Below, one piece after another: positions 57,557 through 64,000 of a stretch of 64,000 nucleotides of DNA (positions within the stretch are counted from its first letter, which is position 1; every line of letters starts with the position of its first letter). The stretch spans positions 34,958 to 98,957 of the forward strand of contig PBMQ01000037.1 of the NCBI GenBank assembly GCA_002722615.1, read 5' to 3'. The position numbers and the translations under genes are program-made. Source of the stretch: Methanobacteriota archaeon (GTDB lineage: Archaea > Thermoplasmatota > Poseidoniia > Poseidoniales > Poseidoniaceae). The notes under the pieces were generated by a model. That model was not told where the DNA came from. It saw only the letters and a list, made by a program, of their open reading frames with translations, and made no database searches.

Positions 57557-58123
57557 TCAACTCGAATTTTCAATTAGTTGCATAAGTTCGTTACGTGCTT
57601 CTTGCTTATCGAAAAACACGCCACGCATTGCACTAGTCGTCATGATTGCATTTTGTTTGCGAACTCCACGACATCTCATGCATCCATGTGAAGCTTGCAC
57701 AATAACAGCTGCACCTAGTGGGTTAAGGTGGTTAACCAAATCATTTGCTACATCGTTGGTGATTCGTTCTTGGTTTTGCAATCTCAATGCATGATGATCC
57801 ACAATTCGAGCAAGTTTTGAAATTCCAACAATCCGGTCGACTGGAATGTATGCAACATGGGCCCGTCCGCTAAATGGTTGCAAATGATGTTCGCATGTTG
57901 AATGGAATTCAATATTACTAAGCAACACAATTCCATCGTATCCTTCTGCATTAAATGTGGCTTGTAGTATGGTTTCTGCATCTGAATGATATCCTGCGAA
58001 GACTTCCTCCCATGAGTCGATTACTCGGCGCGGGGTGTCTGTCAAACCTTCACGTTTAGGATCCGAATCGAGGTATTTGAGTAGTGTAAATACCGCATGT
58101 TCTGCTTCTTCTCTTGTTGTCAT
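57557..58123 (-). CDS. folE: GTP cyclohydrolase I (type IA)
   Basis: REGLTDTPRRV, STCEHHLQPF, GISKLAR, LQNQER, HGCMRCRG. Confidence 0.95.
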   Translation of the reverse strand: MTTREEAEHAVFTLLKYLDSDPKREGLTDTPRRVIDSWEEVFAGYHSDAETILQATFNAEGYDGIVLLSNIEFHSTCEHHLQPFSGRAHVAYIPVDRIVGISKLARIVDHHALRLQNQERITNDVANDLVNHLNPLGAAVIVQASHGCMRCRGVRKQNAIMTTSAMRGVFFDKQEARNELMQLIENSS

Positions 58124-58297
58124 TCATTCACCACCCAATCTACCTTGACGCATGTCAATGCTATCCAATTGGTCGAGCAATTTACGGCAAGCAGAACGAA
58201 TGGCATCCGCTACGCTAATGAATTTTTTATCGTCGCCAACGTGGAATTTGAGATCCGTGAGAAGTTCCTTTGGCATATCTAAACTGATTTTGGGCAT
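58124..58297 (-). CDS. Ribbon-helix-helix (CopG/MetJ/Arc) transcriptional regulator
   Basis: MPKISLDMPKELLTDL...FISVADAIRSACRKLL: alternating beta strand followed by two helices. Confidence 0.8.
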   Translation of the reverse strand: MPKISLDMPKELLTDLKFHVGDDKKFISVADAIRSACRKLLDQLDSIDMRQGRLGGE

Positions 58298-58332
58298 ACT
58301 CTGGCCATACCCAGGTATTATTTTAAGAATAC
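58296..58332 (-). promoter_or_regulatory. Candidate leaderless promoter and operator of the RHH-folE-queE-queC-msrB-queD operon
   Basis: Minus-strand TTAAAATA at 58326-58319, about 26 nt from the ATG; ATACC-NN-GGTAT inverted repeat at 58307-58318; ATAC at 58296, 58307 and 58329. Confidence 0.45.
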
Positions 58333-59546
58333 TATGATTTTGTGGTAATGATGTCCTCGCGACGGAACTGTTTGGCTGCATAGCGAATGGTCAGGAGACA
58401 GACGAGAGATGAGACCAAAATCCAAACAACAACGTGCTCTATGATGATTCTATTAAGTAGCAATTCCCGCAAACCAAGCAATACGTTGACAAATGGTATG
58501 CCAAACCAAAACATTTCTACATCGTCAAGATTTATGAATTGAGTCAGTAAAATTGGGAGAATCATTGCAAGTGTAATCGGAGTTAGTACAGATCCTGCCT
58601 CTTTGACAGATTTCGAACGCATTGCTAGAGCCAAATAGAGTGCAACAATCATCGTTCCATAGAAACCAACTGCAAGTGCAAGTAAGAATATTGAGCCAAA
58701 ACTCAAGGATGGGACGTCAATGAAATCGCTTGCGAGATAAGCAATTCCAAACAGTAAACCACTGATTTGTAACGTCACTCCAACCGCTGTAATTGATACA
58801 ACAGCGAGCCATTTTCCAAGCAACAACTCTGTTCGAGAAAGGGGTAGACTTAGCAGAGATTCTAACGTCCCACGTTCCCTTTCGCCTACAGTCATATCAA
58901 TTGCTGGCTGAACTGCAGCGCTTGCAGTCCATATGGCCAAAACAAATGGAATGAATAACGACAATAACATTCCTGCTTGTTCTCCTTTTGTTGCAACATC
59001 CGCACCAGAAATAGATCCATCCCACTGTAGTGGATTCAGAGTGGATTCAACATCCAACCCTGCTGATTCTATTCGTTCTATTGTCAGGTTCTCCTCCCAT
59101 TCGAAAAGGACATCCAATATACGGTTCCTGGCTTCATTTGACTGTTCAGAGGTTGATAGATGGAGAATTGCATAATACCAAGTTTCATTGCGTTCTTCAA
59201 TACGGAGAATAGCGTCGTATTCTAAGCTTCGTAACAGTTCCGTATTGTTCCCAGGGTCTGCAAGTGTTGTGAGATTCGATGGCATCGCCACTTGTGTAAT
59301 GATAGCAGATTGGTTTTCAATTTCTTGAATCAACAATAAATCGATATCGTTCGATTGAATCAAAACTTGGATTGATTTTTCTTCAAGTTCGGCGGCTTCA
59401 TTTTGCATAACTACCGGGAAGGCAATAAATAACAACGGAAATAACAAGAGTGGAATGAGTACGAGTGCAACGATAGTTCTCCAGTCTCGGATGAATTCGA
59501 TGATTTCTTTCTTTGCGACGATGACAATTCTCTTTCGACTATTCAT
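58332..59546 (-). CDS. ABC-2 type permease (NatB-like)
   Basis: KKEIIEFIRDWRT, AIDMTVGERERGTLESLLSLP..R.ELLLGK. Confidence 0.88.
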   Translation of the reverse strand: MNSRKRIVIVAKKEIIEFIRDWRTIVALVLIPLLLFPLLFIAFPVVMQNEAAELEEKSIQVLIQSNDIDLLLIQEIENQSAIITQVAMPSNLTTLADPGNNTELLRSLEYDAILRIEERNETWYYAILHLSTSEQSNEARNRILDVLFEWEENLTIERIESAGLDVESTLNPLQWDGSISGADVATKGEQAGMLLSLFIPFVLAIWTASAAVQPAIDMTVGERERGTLESLLSLPLSRTELLLGKWLAVVSITAVGVTLQISGLLFGIAYLASDFIDVPSLSFGSIFLLALAVGFYGTMIVALYLALAMRSKSVKEAGSVLTPITLAMILPILLTQFINLDDVEMFWFGIPFVNVLLGLRELLLNRIIIEHVVVWILVSSLVCLLTIRYAAKQFRREDIITTKS

Positions 59547-60375
59547 CTTCGCTCACCTCCATTTTCATTGATGGAGTAAACAGTCGTCGCCATAACGTTG
59601 CCATTCGAGAAGGAGTTTCAGTCTCTTCTGTTCTTGGTCTTGCTGTTTCCTTCGTGAAGGCAACATATGCTTCTTCCAACGTATTAGAGTTCGTCAGATT
59701 GAGAAGTTCTTCAGGAGTACCATCGGCTTGAACAATTCCATTATGTATGATGATGATCCGATCACATACTTGTTGTGCTTCTGCTAAATGGTGTGTCGAA
59801 TAAATAACTGTCCCACCTTCATCCTTCAGTTTACGAACTAAACGTCGTACCGTACGTGCCGATGTAACATCGAGACCTCCAGTTGGTTCGTCTAGGAGTA
59901 AAATCTGTGGTCCATGTGCAAGAGCTCTAAGCAATGCCGTTTTCTGTTTCATACCTCTAGAAAATCCTTCAGTGTATCGATGCAAGGATTGTTCGATATC
60001 AAGCAGTTTGGCGAATCGATACGTTCGATCCCATGCTACTTGATCATCGATTCCATGCAGTCGACTGTGATATCGAATATTTTCCCATGCTGTTAATTTA
60101 GAATACAATCCTGTTGATTCAGGGACAACACCCAGAACGTTTCTCATTTCTGTCACAGGACGTTCATTATTCAATTGAACAGAACCTTCTGTTGGCCTAT
60201 ATACGCCGGACATGAGTCGGAGAAGTGTTGTCTTTCCTGCACCATTACCCCCGACTAAACCAATCACTGAATTACGATGGATTTCGAAATTCACATGATT
60301 TATGGCTTGTACATCACCAAATGATTTTTTCACATTGATCAAACGCAGTAATGGATCCATTTGAGGCACACTCAA
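59539..60375 (-). CDS. ABC transporter ATP-binding protein (NatA-like)
   Basis: GGNGAGKTT, FSRGMKQK, LLLDEPTGGLD, STHH. Confidence 0.92.
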   Translation of the reverse strand: MSVPQMDPLLRLINVKKSFGDVQAINHVNFEIHRNSVIGLVGGNGAGKTTLLRLMSGVYRPTEGSVQLNNERPVTEMRNVLGVVPESTGLYSKLTAWENIRYHSRLHGIDDQVAWDRTYRFAKLLDIEQSLHRYTEGFSRGMKQKTALLRALAHGPQILLLDEPTGGLDVTSARTVRRLVRKLKDEGGTVIYSTHHLAEAQQVCDRIIIIHNGIVQADGTPEELLNLTNSNTLEEAYVAFTKETARPRTEETETPSRMATLWRRLFTPSMKMEVSEDE

Positions 60376-60653
60376 GATGCTCGACCACTTTCTACAGCGA
60401 AATCCAAACCAGGATGCTTTTCTTCTAATCGTTTAGCACGATCGAGTGTGTTGCGCAATTCCTGATGGATTTCCTTCTGTGAGACGCCCATTTCGATGAG
60501 TGTTCCAATTAATTCAAAGGCGCCTTGGACAGCACCAGCATCAAGAAATGCTTCATTGGTAATGGTACCGTTATGCCGAAGGGTTTCCAATTGTTGAGCA
60601 AGAAACTCTGATTCTTGGCGAATCTTTGGTCCTGCAATGTGCGGTAAGGCCAT
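60372..60653 (-). CDS. Hypothetical protein
   Basis: ATG 60653 (MALPHIAG...) with an upstream GAGGAG; stop overlaps the start of the ABC ATPase. Confidence 0.6.
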   Translation of the reverse strand: MALPHIAGPKIRQESEFLAQQLETLRHNGTITNEAFLDAGAVQGAFELIGTLIEMGVSQKEIHQELRNTLDRAKRLEEKHPGLDFAVESGRAS

Positions 60654-60727
60654 CAGGTGGTCAATACAACTCCTCATCGTTCCTTAGAAGCAAAAGACGA
60701 TTATGAGCATTCTGTCAGTTTCATCTC

Positions 60728-61147
60728 TTATCGCTGTTTCAATTCGATGAGGATGCCGCCAGTACTTTTGGGATGGACGAATGCAATAATGGAATTGTGT
60801 GCCCCTTTTCTTGGAACTGAATCAATCATTTGCACTTCATTGTTGACAAGGTGTGCAATCATTTCTTCAATATCATCAACAGCTAGGCAAAGTTGTTGAA
60901 TCCCCGGCCCTCTCTTGTCAAGGAATTTTCCGATTGGAGTTAATGGGCCTGTAGGTTCCAAAATTTCGATGTTGGTTTTGGAATGTTTAATTTCACTCAA
61001 TGGAAAGAATCTCGTTGTCACGCCTTGATCATCAACTCGATCATCTTCACCATCAGCAATGAGGCCGATAAGTTTCCAGAAACGACTTCCTTCGTCTAAT
61101 GTATTCGCAGCTATTCCAATGTGATCGATTGTTATTCGTTGCTTAAT
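60728..61147 (-). CDS. mce: Methylmalonyl-CoA epimerase (probable ATT start)
   Basis: In-frame extension of the 61021 ORF gives IKQRITIDHIGIAA...DQGVTTRFF...IEILEP...IGKFLDKRGPGIQQLC...AFVHPKSTGGILIEL. Confidence 0.88.
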   Translation of the reverse strand: MKQRITIDHIGIAANTLDEGSRFWKLIGLIADGEDDRVDDQGVTTRFFPLSEIKHSKTNIEILEPTGPLTPIGKFLDKRGPGIQQLCLAVDDIEEMIAHLVNNEVQMIDSVPRKGAHNSIIAFVHPKSTGGILIELKQR

Positions 61148-61158
61148 TTCGATACCCC

Positions 61159-62733
61159 CTAAAAGCCGCTAGGTGCAGAATATGTGCCGAATACATCCTT
61201 CATTGCCTGCATAATTTCACCCAATGTTGCATCCGCTCGTACTGCCTCAAGGACGATTGGAAATAGATTATTTCCATTTTGAGATGCCTCGGTTACTTGT
61301 TTCAAAATTAATGTAACGGAGTCCATATTCCGTTCAGAACGTAAGGCTTTCAGTCGATTATGTTGATGTTTTGTTACCTCTGGGTTGAGTTTCATCGGTT
61401 GAATTTGAATACGTTCTTCCATAGTTCCATGATTGATTCCAACGATACGTCGCTCACCTCGTTCAATCTCGTTAAAATATCTGTACGCAGTTGTGTGAAT
61501 TTCCTGTTGCTGATATCCTTGCTCGATTGCTTTTAGAGCACCACCCATGGCTTCGATTTTCTCTATCTCCTTTTTAGATTGGGAATAGATTTCGTCAGTC
61601 AACGATTCAATGTGGTATGATCCAGCGAATGGGTCAACAACATCAGCAACTCCCGATTCCTCAGCAATAATCTGTTGAGTTCGTAAAGCAATTGTTGCAC
61701 TCTCTTCGGTTGGTAAACCAAGTGCTTCGTCGTAACTGTTCGTGTGCAAACTCTGTGTCCCACCACAAACTGCAGCGAGGGCTTGAATCGTCACTCGACT
61801 TATGTTGTTGAGTGGTTGTTGGGCTGTTAATGAAACACCTGCAACTTGAGTGTGAAATCTCAATTTCGTCGAACGAGGGTTGGTTGGTGAATATCGTTCA
61901 ATCATCAAATCATGCCACAGTCGACGTGCGGCCCGAAATTTAGAAACTTCCTCAAGGAAATCATTATGGCAATTGAAAAAGAAAGATAGGCGTGGAGCAA
62001 ATGTATCCACCTCTAACCCTTTTTGACATGCGGAATCAACGTATGCCAAAGCATTGGATATTGTAAACGCTAATTCCTGAACCGCTGTTGATCCGGCTTC
62101 GCGAATATGGTAACCTGAAATCGAAATTGTATTCCATCTTGGAATTTGTTCTGCACAGTATTCAAAGATGTCAGTAATTAACCTCATTGAATGAACCGGT
62201 GGAAATACGTACGTTCCTCGAGCAATGTACTCTTTGAGTATATCATTTTGGATTGTCCCTGAAATTTGACTACTTGAGACACCTTGTTCTTCTGCTACAA
62301 CACAATACATTGCGAGTAGTATCATTGCTGGAGAATTGATTGTCATCGATGTAGATACCTTGTCAAGTGGAATATCCTCAAACAAATCCCTCATATCCTG
62401 TAAACATGATATTGACACTCCTACCTTTCCCACTTCTCCTTCGCTTAATGGATCATCTGCGTCCAATCCAAGTTGAGTTGGTAAATCGAAAGCGACCGAC
62501 AATCCTTTCTGACCACGGCCAAGAAGTAATCGAAAACGTTCATTTGTTTCTTTGGCTGATGAAAACCCAGCATATTGACGCATTGTCCATAATCGCGAAC
62601 GATACATTTGCTCATGTATCCCTCTTGTGAAAGGTGGTTGTCCAGGTAATTCTGGTTGATCGGCCGGTGCATGGTATGCGGGAATTGGGAGCCCTCCCAA
62701 CGTCTCCCATCTTGATTTCCTTAATTCGACCAT
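61159..62733 (-). CDS. Methylmalonyl-CoA mutase, large (substrate-binding) subunit
   Basis: PGQPPFTRG, WTMRQYAGF (Tyr specificity residue), GLSVAFDLPTQ, GTIQNDILKEY, SISGYHIREAG, GGTQSLHTN; no B12-binding domain. Confidence 0.93.
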   Translation of the reverse strand: MVELRKSRWETLGGLPIPAYHAPADQPELPGQPPFTRGIHEQMYRSRLWTMRQYAGFSSAKETNERFRLLLGRGQKGLSVAFDLPTQLGLDADDPLSEGEVGKVGVSISCLQDMRDLFEDIPLDKVSTSMTINSPAMILLAMYCVVAEEQGVSSSQISGTIQNDILKEYIARGTYVFPPVHSMRLITDIFEYCAEQIPRWNTISISGYHIREAGSTAVQELAFTISNALAYVDSACQKGLEVDTFAPRLSFFFNCHNDFLEEVSKFRAARRLWHDLMIERYSPTNPRSTKLRFHTQVAGVSLTAQQPLNNISRVTIQALAAVCGGTQSLHTNSYDEALGLPTEESATIALRTQQIIAEESGVADVVDPFAGSYHIESLTDEIYSQSKKEIEKIEAMGGALKAIEQGYQQQEIHTTAYRYFNEIERGERRIVGINHGTMEERIQIQPMKLNPEVTKHQHNRLKALRSERNMDSVTLILKQVTEASQNGNNLFPIVLEAVRADATLGEIMQAMKDVFGTYSAPSGF

Positions 62734-62774
62734 GCTGCTTCCATGCAGAGACGATTCATCAAGCCTCGCATTGC

Positions 62775-63248
62775 TCAGTGGTTTACGCCACCAGGACCAT
62801 GTGCATGACCGTGTTCAAGTTCTTCATCTGTAGCAGGTCTTACATCGACAACTTCGACACTAAACTGGAGTGTCTGTCCCGCCAATTTGTGGTTGAAATC
62901 AACGGTGACAACATCATCTTCCACAGATACAACATTGAATGGTCCGACATCGGACATTAATGTCATCCCTGGTTCTGGAGCAATGTCTCCAAACATACCT
63001 GCCGGGATTTGTTGTACGGCTTCGGGAATTCGTTCTCCGTAAGCTCTTTCAGGTTCGAGTGTGAAAGTTCTACGTTCACCCTTAGCAGCACCAATTAATT
63101 CTTGCTCAAAGCCTGGAATCATTTGTTGGTGGCCAACAAGGAATACTAGAGGATCTCGTCCTTCACTACTATCGAATACTTCGCCACTTTCAGGTAGAGT
63201 CCCTGTGTAATGGACAGATGCTACGGAATTTTCTTCTACTATGCTCAT
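62775..63248 (-). CDS. slyD: FKBP-type peptidyl-prolyl isomerase (SlyD-like)
   Basis: VHYTG...FDSS, MIPGFE, PERAYG, VDFNHKLAG, His-rich tail HGHAHG. Confidence 0.9.
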   Translation of the reverse strand: MSIVEENSVASVHYTGTLPESGEVFDSSEGRDPLVFLVGHQQMIPGFEQELIGAAKGERRTFTLEPERAYGERIPEAVQQIPAGMFGDIAPEPGMTLMSDVGPFNVVSVEDDVVTVDFNHKLAGQTLQFSVEVVDVRPATDEELEHGHAHGPGGVNH

Positions 63249-63252
63249 ATGA

Positions 63253-64000
63253 TTATCTCCTGGTTGTTAGTGCTCTGACGAGGTCTCTTAATCGTTGGGC
63301 TACATTGTCGTTAATGATGAGTTGTTCTTCTTTCTCTGTGATGAACTCATAGGTGGCTTCGACTCCGATACGTTCCCCTTTCGCCCAAATTTGACCAAGT
63401 AAATTTGACCGGTGTTCATCAGCTACGCTGTCATCGTCAAGGATGTCTCTTGCAGCATATTTGTAGTCGTTGTATCGCTGACGGTTGAGTTTCTTAACCT
63501 TCGGTTGTCGTCCTCCACCTGAGTCATCATGACGTGACCGACGCCTTCGATGCTCACGCTTCTTCGGTGTTTCTGTAACAATTTGTTTGAAAACATTCTT
63601 TGGTGATACATTGTCCACAGGATCGACGGTATTGGAGATTGGCAGTGCATCTGCATCTATCGCTGAAGAGGTTTCATCTCTGACGGATATTTCGGGTTGT
63701 ACTTCTACCTGAGCGGGTTGAACAGTAACTGGAGACGTAGGTTCCAAAATTGATTCGGTCTTCTTCACGGATTCTTGGGATTGCTTTCGCAGTTCTGCCA
63801 ACCGATCAGCCCGAGAGACTTGTTGTGTCGTTTGAGGATTTGTTGGTGTATTGAGCGTACTGGACTCAATAGCTGGTTTTTGTACAGATTGAGAAGATGC
63901 AGTTGGCTGTGCACCCAATCGCTTTCGTGCCTCTTCTTGTTTCTTCTTCAATTCATCTGAATCAGAACCCGTTCGAGTTTGCGACCGGTTTTGGGTAGCG
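63253..64000 (-). CDS. Hypothetical protein, 5' end beyond the window
   Basis: Frame is open from the window end. Low-complexity N-terminal part, then a conserved-looking C-terminus (EHRSNLLGQIWAKGERIG). Confidence 0.65.
   Translation of the reverse strand, partial: ATQNRSQTRTGSDSDELKKKQEEARKRLGAQPTASSQSVQKPAIESSTLNTPTNPQTTQQVSRADRLAELRKQSQESVKKTESILEPTSPVTVQPAQVEVQPEISVRDETSSAIDADALPISNTVDPVDNVSPKNVFKQIVTETPKKREHRRRRSRHDDSGGGRQPKVKKLNRQRYNDYKYAARDILDDDSVADEHRSNLLGQIWAKGERIGVEATYEFITEKEEQLIINDNVAQRLRDLVRALTTRR

Noticed and set aside
55290-58123. folE/queE/queC/queD as a phage-type or Dpd DNA-modification island
   Set aside because: No dpdA/TGT-like gene, integrase or viral genes nearby; the archaeosine precursor pathway is the simpler explanation.
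61159-62733. Mutase as a truncated pseudogene or an isobutyryl-CoA mutase
   Set aside because: Split large/small subunits are normal in archaea, and the RQYAGF Tyr indicates methylmalonyl-CoA specificity.

Overview
This 64-kb window is gene-dense archaeal chromosome. It is most likely Marine Group II Euryarchaeota (Poseidoniales); this is inferred from gene content, not from a database search. Archaeal markers include S19e/L39e/L31e/S17e, tRNA splicing endonuclease, archease, geranylgeranyl reductase, an archaeal SRP RNA and an archaeal-type SHMT. Bacterial-like genes include TopB, class-2 PyrD, a split PntA/B, an MdoC-like acyltransferase and MqnC, and there are several large acidic secreted or Ca-binding proteins and hydrolases. 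I saw no CRISPR array, IS element, prophage, tRNA or rRNA. The ORF track misses or truncates several genes: a partial valS, rpl39e, the SRP RNA, a 57-aa two-TM protein and a methylmalonyl-CoA epimerase that apparently starts at ATT. The most unusual items are: (1) a degenerate TatC fused to an HdrA-N-terminal-like Cys domain, next to a Reeler-like membrane protein with a CxCH motif; (2) an RHH-headed preQ0 operon with a candidate operator, an embedded msrB and a QueC lacking its Zn cysteines; (3) a wHTH-TerB-like / degenerate kinase / archease unit divergent from endA; (4) a surface protein / small membrane protein / PqqD-like unit; (5) a biotinyl/lipoyl-like domain inside a secreted Ca-binding repeat protein. 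All family calls come from recognising motifs by eye.
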